From positions 40,995-104,994 of the forward strand of contig JAVVGL010000005.1 in assembly GCA_032249135.1 (NCBI GenBank): a stretch of 64,000 nucleotides of DNA, written 5' to 3'. Every line of letters begins with the position of its first letter. Position 1 is the stretch's first letter. A model generated the notes under the pieces. It saw only the letters and a list, made by a program, of their open reading frames with translations, was not told where the DNA came from and made no database searches. A program made the position numbers and the translations under genes. The DNA comes from Candidatus Calescibacterium sp. (GTDB taxonomy: Bacteria > Calescibacteriota > Calescibacteriia > Calescibacteriales > Calescibacteriaceae). Shown here piece after piece: positions 21,192 to 30,926 of this stretch.

Positions 21192-21656
21192 TTATTTTTT
21201 ATCTTGTGAGTTTGTATGATTTGATATATATTTTATTATGGTGTGTAGAGATTTTATTGCTGCGTAGAATTCCGGGCTTTTCATTAGCTTTAACATTTTA
21301 AATATTGAAGGTTTTTCTTTTTGAGCCTGGGAGAATTCTTCTGCTGCTTTCTTCATCCCTTCTGGTAATTTTTGAGCAAGTTCAAATAACATCTGATGGT
21401 TAAGATTCCCTATCATCCACACCAACATCATAGCATTTGCAACTTATCCCATAAGTTCAGGTTTTACTATTGAATTGAAACCTTCTTCAAATCCTTCAAG
21501 GAGACCAGATACAGCACTTAGGATACCGCTCTCTTGTAGTTTCTGAACGATTTCTATTATATCTTTTATTGCATCTTTATTTTCTATTAGTGTTTTGATT
21601 ATATCCTCTATTTTTTCCTTTTCTTTCTCATCAATACCCTTTATTGTTATTTCCAT
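21192..21656 (-). pseudogene. DUF1641-family protein interrupted by in-frame TAA
   Basis: ORFs 21444..21656 and 21192..21431 share a frame (GGA TAA GTT GCA AAT GCT ATG). KLQESGIL and PSIFKMLKLMKSPE motifs; SD GGAGGT upstream. Confidence 0.75.
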
Positions 21657-21674
21657 AGTTTTTTACCTCCTTTT

Positions 21675-22884
21675 TTATCTACCAAAAATTTGGCTAAACC
21701 ACATCCTTTCAAAAGCAACTTTTAAACCTCTGAACGCTCTCATACCTCCAAGCATCCAGCAATCGGGATAAGGTGCCGTACCATCTATGACCTTTGAAAA
21801 ATCACAAAATACTCCGGCTCCCATGTATCCCACATCCATAACGCATATTCCTGTTCTGTTGTACATGATCCCCATAGATGTTCCTTTTATTTCGTCTATT
21901 ATCTGTGAAGCTACATAATCTGCTTGGAAGTGAGCAAAAACTCCTGCCATACCTATTCCAAGACTTCTTGAAATTATATCACCTATGCCGAAAATGTTTT
22001 TGTATTCCGGGTGTCTGAGCAATTTCTTATCAACTAACATATATCCATCTGCGTTATCGTTTCTGAGTTTGCTGTTTTTGAATACAGGATCTGCTGGTTC
22101 ATGAGGAGGAATTATGATTGCAAGATCGTATTCAATTTCTCTACCATCTTTTGCTTGTATTTTCCCATCTTTTATTTTTTCAGTTGAAAACCCACCTTCA
22201 AATTTCACATTAAATTGATTGAGAAACATCTTGAAGGCATTTACCATAAATGGTCCAAAAGGTTGCATAGGCTCACTCCACGGATGTATTACTGTTATTT
22301 CTGTCTTTTCGGAGAAGCCTCTTTGTTCTGAAATATATCTTATCATAAATGCAAGTTCAAAAGGAGCTGGAGAGCATCTGTACACAGGTTCCGCCGGACC
22401 AACAACTACTTTCCCTCCTCTGAAATTGCTGAGTGCTTCGCGTAGTTTTAGAGCATCTTTCATTTCCCATGCGTGGAATGTTTTCTCTATCACCGGTATT
22501 TTTTCTGGTTTTAGAACCGTTCCTAATGATACTACAAGGTAATCGTATTCAAGTTCTTGCCCATCAAATAAAACTTTGTTTTTCTCCGGAATTATTTCTT
22601 TTACTTCGGAATTGATTACATTTATGCCTTTTTCTTTTAGTTTTGATAGAGGTCTTGAAACATCATTAGGTTCCCTTGTCCCTACGGCAACTCATAAGTA
22701 AGATGGACGAAATTCGTGAAGAAGATTTTTATCAATAAGATATACTTCTAATTTTTGATTTTTTATTTCTTCTTTTAGAATTTTATTTTTGATTTTTTAT
22801 TTCTTCTTTTAGAATTTTAGAAAGTCTTGAAGCTACTACTACTCCACCTATGCCACCTCCTAATATTACTACTTTTTTCCCCAT
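21675..22884 (-). pseudogene. Sulfide:quinone oxidoreductase/FCSD-like FAD oxidoreductase, disrupted
   Basis: ATG 22884 with SD GGAGGTG: MGKKVVILGGGIGG. 34-bp tandem duplication causes a frameshift and TGA at 22692-22694 replaces the expected Trp in PSYL*VAVG. Downstream YDYLVVSLG, YRCSPAPFE, IFGIGD, GICVMD. Confidence 0.85.
22752..22819. repeat. Perfect 34-bp tandem duplication
   Basis: TTTTTGATTTTTTATTTCTTCTTTTAGAATTTTA at 22752-22785 and 22786-22819. Confidence 0.92.
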
Positions 22885-23000
22885 TTTTTTCACCTCCAAT
22901 AAAAATATTAGCCATTATACGGGTTAGTACATTTATTTCTTGTTTTTTTGAGTGAAGATTTAGATGTGGAGTTTGGATGGTTTTTTATTTTTTTTATTTT

Positions 23001-25013
23001 TTACTTTGATATTTGATCTGCTACAAGTTGTGAGACATCTTTTACTTTTACTTTTTCTTCTAAACCTTTGTATTTTGTTGCATCGTCTAACATTATCATG
23101 CAGTACGGACAAGCCGTTGCTATTAAATTTGCGGAAATCTCTTCAAACTCTTCAAAGCGTGTATAGTTTATTCTTTTCCCTCTTTCTTCTTCGTACCACA
23201 TTTTTCCACCCCCTGCTCCACAGCACATTCCTCTTTCTCTATGTCTCAAAACCTCTTTGATCTCACCATCAAATGTAGATTTAAGAATAAATCTTGGCTC
23301 ATCGTATATTGAATTATATCTTCCAAGATAGCAAGAGTCATGGTATGCTGCTGTACCATCTCTCATTTTCTCAACTTTTATCTTACCTGTTTCAATAAGT
23401 TCTTTTATGAACACCGTGTGATGTATAACTTCAAAGTCTCCACCATATTGTTTATAGTCATTTTTCAAGGTATGATAGCAGTGAGGACAGTGAGTTAGAA
23501 TTTTCTTTACTCCCATATCTTTGAGTATGGCGATATTTTCTTGTGCTATCATGGCAAATAAACCTTCTTCTCCGAGCCTTCTTGCAGGGTCTCCTGTGCA
23601 TTTTTCTGCTGATCCAAGAACAGGAATATCTAACCCAGCTACTTCAAGAATTTTTTTCATTGCTTTTGTGATTTTCTGTCCAAGTGGATCAAAGTATCCA
23701 GCACATCCTACCCAGTAAATAAAATCTGCTTTTTCTCCGGGAGAAAGAATTCTCAAACCTATACTTTTTGCAAATTCATTTCTGTTTTCTGCGGGAAGCC
23801 CCCAAGGATTTCCTTGGTTCATAACTTTTTGAAGAGTTTTCCCTGCTGTTGAAGGCATTTTCTGGTCAAAAACAAGATATCTTCTCATATCCATTATGAA
23901 TCTTGGGTGTTCTATCCCAACTGGACATATCTCCTCGCAAGCTGCACAGGTTGTACAATCCCATATTTCATCTTCCGTTATTTTTTTGCCGTCAACAAGT
24001 GGTTCTCTTTCTTGAATGCCTTTTATCGCTTTTGGTCCATCTTCTTTCAGTCTATCTTTTAGTTTGTGAACAAGATGCATAGGTGAGAGAGGTTTTTGTG
24101 TAATTGAGGCTGGGCACAAATCGGAGCATCTTCCGCATTCTGTACATGATATGAAATCAAAAAGTTGTTTCCATGTAAAATCTTCTATTTTTCTCACTCC
24201 ATAGTATTCAATCTCTCCCTTTTCAAGTTTTCCTATATCAAGTGGTTCTACATTGCATTTTGTTCCCTCTATCCTCCTGAAAAGTATGTTTGGGATTGAT
24301 GTTAGTATGTGTATGTGTTTTGAGAACGGGAGATAATTTAAAAAGAAAAGTACGGTGAGAGAGTGCACCCATAGAGCGATTTCTCTTATTATGTATATTT
24401 GGTTTTCGGTAAGACCAGAGCCTATCATCATAGCTCCGAAGACTTTTGCAAATGGAGAAAATGTGAAAGGTTCTCCTTCAAGTAAAAGTGCTGCTGCTTT
24501 TCCAACAAGAGAAGTTGATGCGATGATAAATATGAGAAAGAGAATTATTATTGCGTCAAGTGTGTTTTCAAGTCTTTTTATTCTGAGAACAAATCTTTGA
24601 ACAATAGACCATCCTATTGCCACAAGCACCAAAAATTGGATTATATCTTCTGCAAGTAAAAATGCAGGTCTGAAAGTTGTATTGATTATAGGAAGCCTAA
24701 AATGTGGAATCACGAGCTCTATCCATCCTTCAAGAGTTTCAAGTGAGATTATCATAAATCCCCAGAAGAAGAAGAAATGTTTTATTCCAGATGTAAGGTA
24801 TCTTAAAGGCTGATACTGGGCGAATGCGTCTTTTATTACTGTGAAAATTCTTTTTGGCATATTGTCCCATCTTCTTTCATATCTTCCAACTAATACATAT
24901 CTTAAAAGTTTTCCGAAGTTGAAAAAGAATATTCCCCAAGCTAATGCAAAAATTATAAGAAACGCTACCGGTCTTATGACCTCATATCTTAAAAGGTTTG
25001 ATGGCTCAAGCAT
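23001..25013 (-). CDS. Membrane-anchored Fe-S oxidoreductase (FadF/HdrD-like: NarI-type TM region, 2x[4Fe-4S], CCG domains)
   Basis: N-terminal TMs with His, CTECGRCSDLCP, CTTCAACEEICP, CPHC, YHDSCYLGR, CCGAGGG, ACPYC. SD GGAGGT before ATG 25013. Confidence 0.88.
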   Translation of the reverse strand: MLEPSNLLRYEVIRPVAFLIIFALAWGIFFFNFGKLLRYVLVGRYERRWDNMPKRIFTVIKDAFAQYQPLRYLTSGIKHFFFFWGFMIISLETLEGWIELVIPHFRLPIINTTFRPAFLLAEDIIQFLVLVAIGWSIVQRFVLRIKRLENTLDAIIILFLIFIIASTSLVGKAAALLLEGEPFTFSPFAKVFGAMMIGSGLTENQIYIIREIALWVHSLTVLFFLNYLPFSKHIHILTSIPNILFRRIEGTKCNVEPLDIGKLEKGEIEYYGVRKIEDFTWKQLFDFISCTECGRCSDLCPASITQKPLSPMHLVHKLKDRLKEDGPKAIKGIQEREPLVDGKKITEDEIWDCTTCAACEEICPVGIEHPRFIMDMRRYLVFDQKMPSTAGKTLQKVMNQGNPWGLPAENRNEFAKSIGLRILSPGEKADFIYWVGCAGYFDPLGQKITKAMKKILEVAGLDIPVLGSAEKCTGDPARRLGEEGLFAMIAQENIAILKDMGVKKILTHCPHCYHTLKNDYKQYGGDFEVIHHTVFIKELIETGKIKVEKMRDGTAAYHDSCYLGRYNSIYDEPRFILKSTFDGEIKEVLRHRERGMCCGAGGGKMWYEEERGKRINYTRFEEFEEISANLIATACPYCMIMLDDATKYKGLEEKVKVKDVSQLVADQISK

Positions 25014-25152
25014 GAATTTCACCTCCTTCTTTATTCAGATAATTCAGACAATTGTAGGTTTGTGTATTATCATTTTCTTGTTTTCTGAATTTTTATTTTT
25101 TATTTTTAGCAAAATTTTCTTGGCAATTTTTTCTGTATTGTGAAATTCATTT

Positions 25153-25956
25153 ATGAAAGATTTTTTAAATTTAGGTTTTAAGTTCAGGGAATTTTGCATA
25201 CATTTTTTTGTTGAGAAAAAAGTCCGTGGTATAGAAGATCTGAAAGAATTTTTTCAGTTTTTTGATCGCTGTTACCAAAATCACAAACTTTGGGATGAAA
25301 AAAAATTAAAAATTAGTTTTAGTGAAATTGTAAAAGATGGAGAGATAAGTATTTTTGATGTCCTTCGGGTTTTCTCATATTTTTCGCAGAAAGTAGCTGA
25401 TTTTATGTGCAGTGAATTTGCTATTTTTCACGCAGGAGCAGTTTCAGATAAGAAATATACTATAATCTTTGTGGGAGAGAATAAAACAGGAAAATCTACT
25501 TTGGTGAAAATCATGTGCGAGGCTGGTTTTGATTTTATAACAGAAGATACATTGTTTTTGGGACGAAAAAAAATAATCCCATTTCCAAAACCTATAAGTA
25601 TGAGGAATGAGGATGGTGTTATATCAGAAATTATTCTACCTCAAAAGATTTCTCATAATCCTCCTCGTAATCTCATTTTTTTCTTTCTCAAATCAAAAAT
25701 TTCAAGTCATGAAAAATATAAAAACTTGCTGGATTTTGCTGATTTGATAATTAGATTGAGCCAAAATAAAGATTTTCCTTTCAATCTTCATCAAAATTTT
25801 TCTGATAAATCCAATAAAATAAAGATAGAAAATTTGGGAAAAGGGGAGGGAATTATTTCAGCTGTTAGTATGATCTATAACTTTGCAAATATGAGGAACA
25901 AAGTATGGGTCTTGAATAAACTTTCCCGTAGCATATTTTTTTCAGTTCAGATTTAA
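25153..25956 (+). CDS. HPr kinase-related P-loop protein
   Basis: IFHAGAV...IIFVGENKTGKSTL...FITED..., PFPKPI. Confidence 0.6.
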   Translation: MKDFLNLGFKFREFCIHFFVEKKVRGIEDLKEFFQFFDRCYQNHKLWDEKKLKISFSEIVKDGEISIFDVLRVFSYFSQKVADFMCSEFAIFHAGAVSDKKYTIIFVGENKTGKSTLVKIMCEAGFDFITEDTLFLGRKKIIPFPKPISMRNEDGVISEIILPQKISHNPPRNLIFFFLKSKISSHEKYKNLLDFADLIIRLSQNKDFPFNLHQNFSDKSNKIKIENLGKGEGIISAVSMIYNFANMRNKVWVLNKLSRSIFFSVQI

Positions 25957-26022
25957 ATTTATCTCATTACTTATTTTTTTATTTTTTATTTAGTTTATTG
26001 TCTGGTTTGTCTATTTATTTTT

Positions 26023-27093
26023 ATGAGTGATACGAGAATAAGTTTTAGAGATTTTGTAAAATTGTGGATTGAAGAATTTTACAGGAATCAAAATCCAGAT
26101 GAGCATTTTCTCACTTTACCAAAGATTTCTGATGTTATGGCGGTTTCAATTCTTTCGTTTATCAGATCAAAAAATTTTTCTACTTTTAAATTTGTTGAGC
26201 TTGGAGCTGGTGATGGAGAGCTCGCGGAAGATATCATAAAATACTCCCATAAATTTGACATTAAGATCTTGGAAGTAAATCTTGTTGAAGCAAGTTCGTC
26301 AAGAGTATCTAAATTAAAAGAAAAATTTCAGTCTTATGATTTGAAAATCAACATATTTGATGAAATCCCGCTTTTAAGTAAAAACTCTCCAATCGTAGTG
26401 ATTGCAAATGAGTTTTTTGATTCTTTGCCTTTCTCAGTTGTTTTGTATTCAGGTAGAGAAAAAGTTTTCAAAGAGCTATTTATATCGTGCAATTCGGATG
26501 GGGAATTTTTTCTTTCATTTGATAATCTTTTACCTGAAACTAAAAATTTCGTAGAAAAATATTATAGTGAGGAAATGAAATTGATTGAAAACACAGTTTA
26601 TTATAGTGATGATTTTTTCTTTTTTGAAGTTTCACCACATTTTGAGTATGTAATGAATAATGTAAAAGATTTAGACCTTATCATAATATGCGATTACGGA
26701 TATAGGTTTTTTGAAGAAAGAACCCCACAAGGTTCAACAAATCTTCACTGGAAATTTTCTGTTGAAAAGCTTGATTTTTTTGATCTCAGAAAATTAGCTG
26801 AAATTATAAAATCTTCCTTTGGGAAGAAAGATATTTCTTTTTTCGTTGATTTTTTTGTTTTAGAGAGAATTGCTCAGAAACTTGGATTTGAAACACATAT
26901 CTTACCTCTTTCTTCTTTTATTTTTTCCAGTTTATATGAAAGTAAAGACAAAGTTGAAAACTTACTTTTTTCCGATAAATTACCAGAAAATGAAAGGCTG
27001 AAAAACATTTTATCTTTTTCAGATATAATGAAAGGATGGGGAAATTTTTTTGTTCTTGTGATGGAAAAGAAGATTGGTGGAAAAATAGTTTAA
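26023..27093 (+). CDS. SAM-dependent methyltransferase, MidA/NDUFAF7 family
   Basis: ISFRDFV, HFLTLP, VELGAGDGELA, IANEFFDSLP, CDYGY, DISFFVDF. Confidence 0.82.
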   Translation: MSDTRISFRDFVKLWIEEFYRNQNPDEHFLTLPKISDVMAVSILSFIRSKNFSTFKFVELGAGDGELAEDIIKYSHKFDIKILEVNLVEASSSRVSKLKEKFQSYDLKINIFDEIPLLSKNSPIVVIANEFFDSLPFSVVLYSGREKVFKELFISCNSDGEFFLSFDNLLPETKNFVEKYYSEEMKLIENTVYYSDDFFFFEVSPHFEYVMNNVKDLDLIIICDYGYRFFEERTPQGSTNLHWKFSVEKLDFFDLRKLAEIIKSSFGKKDISFFVDFFVLERIAQKLGFETHILPLSSFIFSSLYESKDKVENLLFSDKLPENERLKNILSFSDIMKGWGNFFVLVMEKKIGGKIV

Positions 27094-27133
27094 ATATTTG
27101 AATTTATCTGAAAAATTTGGCTAATTTAGAGAA

Positions 27134-27826
27134 ATGGAAAAACAAACAAAAAAAATTGATTTTTCAAAGGGACTTATTCCTACTGTTGTGGTAGATAGAG
27201 CAACTGGAAAAATTCTTATGCTTGCTTTCTCATCTCCTGAATCTTTGAAGCTAACTTTTGAGAAAAAACTTGCTCATTTTTTTTCCAGAGAAAGAAATAA
27301 AATATGGCTCAAAGGTGAAGAGAGTGGGAATACTATGAGAGTATCGCGAGTTTTTTCGGATTGCGACTCAGACTCACTTATATTTTTAGTTGAACCATCT
27401 GGACCTGCATGTCACACAGGAGAGAAATCTTGCTTTTTTGATGAGGTTGAAAGTTTTGACGGTCAAAACATATATGTTTTTTGGAAAAAAGAAAATCCAT
27501 CTTATGGAATACTTTCTGAGTTAGAGGAAATATTGAAGGAAAGAAAGAAAATGGTATCAGATGGTTCAAAATTAGAAGAGAGCTATTCTGCTCAACTATT
27601 TATCAAAGGTATTCCAAAAATTACTGAAAAAATAAAAGAAGAAGTTGAAGAATTGATAAAAGCTTCTTTGGATGGGAAAAAAGGTGAGGTAGGGGAGAAA
27701 AATTCTGTCATCTGGGAATGTGCTGATGTTGTTTTTCATATTTTAGTTTTACTCGTTGAACTTGGAATATCTTTTGACGATGTTTTGCAAGAGCTCCTTA
27801 GGCGAAGAAAGGAAAGGGAGAAATAA
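27134..27826 (+). CDS. hisIE: Bifunctional phosphoribosyl-AMP cyclohydrolase/phosphoribosyl-ATP diphosphatase
   Basis: FSRERNKIWLKGEESGN, DCDSD, GPACHTG..SCF; second domain SYSAQLF..KIKEE, ECADVVFH. Confidence 0.93.
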   Translation: MEKQTKKIDFSKGLIPTVVVDRATGKILMLAFSSPESLKLTFEKKLAHFFSRERNKIWLKGEESGNTMRVSRVFSDCDSDSLIFLVEPSGPACHTGEKSCFFDEVESFDGQNIYVFWKKENPSYGILSELEEILKERKKMVSDGSKLEESYSAQLFIKGIPKITEKIKEEVEELIKASLDGKKGEVGEKNSVIWECADVVFHILVLLVELGISFDDVLQELLRRRKEREK

Positions 27827-27844
27827 AGAAAGAAATAAAAGAAT

Positions 27845-28219
27845 TTACTGATACATTGTTTGTTCGTAAGGAGAGCCTGCTATTTTTTCAAAAATATCTT
27901 TATATATTTTATCATTTGCTTTTTCCACTTGTTTCCACAAGGTGATCACATCCAAAATCAGAAAAATTCCAAGGAGTGCTCCAAAAGATATACCGGTGAA
28001 AAAAGTTGTGTTGTCAAGATTGAAAAAACCGTGTATTGAGAAAATCAGGCACAAAGGCAAAAGCATAATATATATTATTCCTTCTATTGTTCTCCCAAGA
28101 TAGAATTTGTGCAACCCTACAAACCAAAAGAAAACTAAAAAAATGTAAGCCGTCAGAGTATCTTTCTTTTTTCTCTTGAATTCTATATCTATCAATTGTA
28201 ATTTCTCACGACTTATCAT
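27845..28219 (-). CDS. TM2 domain-containing membrane protein
   Basis: KDTLTAYIFLVFFWFVGLHKFYLGRT. Confidence 0.85.
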   Translation of the reverse strand: MISREKLQLIDIEFKRKKKDTLTAYIFLVFFWFVGLHKFYLGRTIEGIIYIMLLPLCLIFSIHGFFNLDNTTFFTGISFGALLGIFLILDVITLWKQVEKANDKIYKDIFEKIAGSPYEQTMYQ

Positions 28220-28293
28220 AAAAGTATAATTTTTGTAATCTGTCTTGAAAAAGTTTTTTTGATAAAATTTTCAAAATAAAATTTATTAATATT

Positions 28294-28767
28294 ATGAGCG
28301 CTTTTGATAAAGCGCTAAAATCAGAAAATTTCAAAAAGGTAAGACATCCAGACGGTGGATGTATTTTCTGTTCAAAAGGATTCTATGGCTTTTTTGATGA
28401 AAAAAATAATAAATCTTACTTTTATTTTACTTTCTCGCAAGAAGAACATCAAGGACCACCGGGTCATGTGCATGGTGGAGTAATAGCTGTTTTTATAGAT
28501 GAAGTTATGAGCTTTGCCACCGGTAATTTTTTCCCTTGTTTTCTTGGAAAGATTGAAATACTTTATAAAAAACCTGTCCCTCTCGGAGTCTCTTTGAAGC
28601 TTGAAGGTGAAGTCGTAAAGGTTGAGGGAAGAAAAATTTTCACGAAGGGGGGCATAATTTACGAGAAGGAAAATGGAGAAAAAGATATACTTGTTGAAGC
28701 ATCTGGAATATACATTCGTCCGAAAGGATCAGATGGGACGGTATCGCTTTTTGTTGTAGAAGACTGA
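28294..28767 (+). CDS. PaaI-family hotdog thioesterase
   Basis: HQGPPGHVHGGVIAVFIDE, YKKPVP, EGRKIF. Confidence 0.85.
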   Translation: MSAFDKALKSENFKKVRHPDGGCIFCSKGFYGFFDEKNNKSYFYFTFSQEEHQGPPGHVHGGVIAVFIDEVMSFATGNFFPCFLGKIEILYKKPVPLGVSLKLEGEVVKVEGRKIFTKGGIIYEKENGEKDILVEASGIYIRPKGSDGTVSLFVVED

Positions 28768-28854
28768 ATTTTTTGATGTTTTTGAATTCTGAAAAAGTGG
28801 CAAATTTTTTGGATTTTGTAAGCTTTAATTTTATTTTCATAAATTTGGGTATAT

Positions 28855-29127
28855 ATGGTTAGGATAAGGTTACAAAGGTTTGGAAAGAAGAAAAATCCAT
28901 TTTATAGGATTGTGGTTGCGGATGCGCGCTCACCACGAGATGGAAAGTTTATAGAAGTAATTGGACACTGGGACCCAAAAAGAAAAATTTTTGACCTTAA
29001 TAAAGAAAAATATTTGGATTGGCTAAAAAAAGGAGCTCAACCTACAGATATAGTCTTATCTCTCGTCAAAAACTTCAAGGAGCTTGAAGGAACTTCTGAG
29101 AAACAAGGAGAACAGTTGAACAGATAA
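28855..29127 (+). CDS. rpsP: 30S ribosomal protein S16
   Basis: [34 protein letters not shown]..., GAQPT. Confidence 0.98.
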   Translation: MVRIRLQRFGKKKNPFYRIVVADARSPRDGKFIEVIGHWDPKRKIFDLNKEKYLDWLKKGAQPTDIVLSLVKNFKELEGTSEKQGEQLNR

Positions 29128-29190
29128 ATAACAATTAACAAATAAAATGATAAATAAAATGAATTTTGCCCTATCTTTGCATCAACATCT

Positions 29191-30030
29191 TTACACCAGA
29201 AAATATTTTAATTTATTTAGTAGTTCCCGTGAAAGTTTGTGAGATTGGTTTAGAATGAAAAATTTCCCGAAAAATCTTATTCCAGAGCAATAAAGGTCCC
29301 CGAGAAAATCTAAAATTTTGTGTCTAACTCTTTCGTTTTCAAATCTTAAATCTGTGTTTATTGGATTATCTTCATCTGAAAATATTATTGCCGAATCCAT
29401 ATCTCCTCCTTTGAATAATCCCATCTCTAATGCTTTTTTTAAATCTTTCTCGTAAATAAAAGTTCTTGCCGGTGCTATCTCATCCGGATAAATTTCAATA
29501 TTATCTTCAATAATAAATTCTTCCTTTTTCCCATTTGGCGACTGATAAACGGCGTGAATTATGAACTTATCTGATGGCTCAGCTATTATTATTCCATTTT
29601 CATCTCTCACTTCTATTCTTTCTGTTATGACAAAATATCTTCTTATTGAGTTCTGTTCTTTTAAACCTACCTGCAACATCCTTTCTGAAAATATCAGAGC
29701 CGACCCATCAAAAAACGGAACTTCTTTTCCTTCAACTTCTACTATTGCATTATCTACTCCAAAAGAAAAAAACACAGATAATATATGTTCAATATAAAGA
29801 ATATCTCCTGATGAAGTTTTCAGTGTTAGGTTGTGAAACCCAGGGTAAGTTATATTTTGTGAAAGTTTTATTTCTTCTCCATTTGCAACGAACACTATCC
29901 CTGTATCTTCCGGGGCAGGTTTTACCCTTATTGAACAAGTTTCACCTGTCATAATTCCTGTGCCAAAAAGTTCAAATTCCTGAGCAACTGTATGTTGATT
30001 GCCAAAAAATAGTTCCTCGGTCTTCGTCAT
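29191..30030 (-). CDS. lpxC: UDP-3-O-acyl-N-acetylglucosamine deacetylase
   Basis: QHTV, PAPEDTGIVF, IEHILS, EVPFFDGSA, EIAPARTF, RHKILDFLGDL. Start probably ATG 30030. Confidence 0.9.
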   Translation of the reverse strand: MTKTEELFFGNQHTVAQEFELFGTGIMTGETCSIRVKPAPEDTGIVFVANGEEIKLSQNITYPGFHNLTLKTSSGDILYIEHILSVFFSFGVDNAIVEVEGKEVPFFDGSALIFSERMLQVGLKEQNSIRRYFVITERIEVRDENGIIIAEPSDKFIIHAVYQSPNGKKEEFIIEDNIEIYPDEIAPARTFIYEKDLKKALEMGLFKGGDMDSAIIFSDEDNPINTDLRFENERVRHKILDFLGDLYCSGIRFFGKFFILNQSHKLSRELLNKLKYFLV

Positions 30031-30151
30031 CTTTGTATTTATAAAAGCTTGTTTTGATGAACTTTTCAATTTTAATTTTGGTTTCTTCGTAAAATTGATT
30101 TTTCTGGAAATCTTTTATTTGAGGTTTGAGGTTCATAAAATAAAGTAGAGT

Positions 30152-30239
30152 GCCGAGGTGGCGGAATTGGAAGACGCGCAGGACTCAGGATCCTGTGGGG
30201 TTCACCCCCGTGCGGGTTCAAGTCCCGCCCTCGGCACCA
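30152..30239 (+). tRNA. tRNA-Leu(CAG)
   Basis: Acceptor GCCGAGG/CCTCGGC, anticodon arm CAGGA-CTCAGGA-TCCTG, long variable arm, T arm GCGGG-TTCAAGT-CCCGC, encoded CCA. Confidence 0.97.
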
Positions 30240-30244
30240 AAAAC

Positions 30245-30913
30245 ATGAAAAAAATCTCCTCTCCTCTCTTTCTTCTCTTTTTTGCTGTTGTTTTATATAA
30301 TTGCTCCCAAAAAGAGCCACCAAATGATCCCGCATTACTTTATAAACTTGCTATGGAAAAAGCAGAGGGCGGAATTTTCACAGCAGATTATGAGACCGCA
30401 GAAAGATATTTTCAGAAAATCATAGAGCTCTTTCCAACCTCTCAATATGTTCCCGATGCAAACTTTGGTATAGCCTATGTCAGAATGAAAAGGGGAGATT
30501 GTGCAGAAGCAGCTGTTTTGTTTGAATCTTTCTATCAGAGATATAGCTCGCACAAAAAAGCTCCTGACGCACTATACTATTCCATCTTATGCTATATGAA
30601 ATTTGTTGATACACCGGATAGAGATATTGAGTATGCAAAAAAGGTAAGAGAAATTTCTTCTATCTTCATCCAAAGATATCAAGACCATGAAAAATTCAAA
30701 GAAGTGATGAAAGCAAGAGAAAAAGTTTTGAATCTCATAGCAGAGCATCATCTATCTGTTGCAGAGTTCTACATAAGAAGAAAACTATATGAACCCGCTT
30801 TGAGAAGACTTGAAATTATTCTTGAAAAAGATAAAGATTTATCAAAAACAGCGGTTGCAAAAAAAGCAGAGAAGATTTATGCAGAAGTAAAAAATAAGAA
30901 AGGTGAAAAATGA
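30245..30913 (+). CDS. bamD: Outer membrane protein assembly factor BamD (TPR lipoprotein)
   Basis: Start ATG 30245 after the tRNA; lipobox LYNC; FPTSQY, APDALY, DTPDRD, LSVAEFYIRR. Confidence 0.85.
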   Translation: MKKISSPLFLLFFAVVLYNCSQKEPPNDPALLYKLAMEKAEGGIFTADYETAERYFQKIIELFPTSQYVPDANFGIAYVRMKRGDCAEAAVLFESFYQRYSSHKKAPDALYYSILCYMKFVDTPDRDIEYAKKVREISSIFIQRYQDHEKFKEVMKAREKVLNLIAEHHLSVAEFYIRRKLYEPALRRLEIILEKDKDLSKTAVAKKAEKIYAEVKNKKGEK

Positions 30914-30926
30914 ATTTTTTTCTTTG

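Noticed and set aside
22692-22694. In-frame TGA as Trp recoding or selenocysteine
   Set aside because: Many genes here end in TGA and use TGG for Trp. The position is not a Cys site, and the same gene has an independent frameshift.
30158-30244. N-terminal extension of the 251-aa ORF and antisense ORF 30072..30335
   Set aside because: These are translations of the tRNA-Leu gene; the lipoprotein signal starts at 30245.
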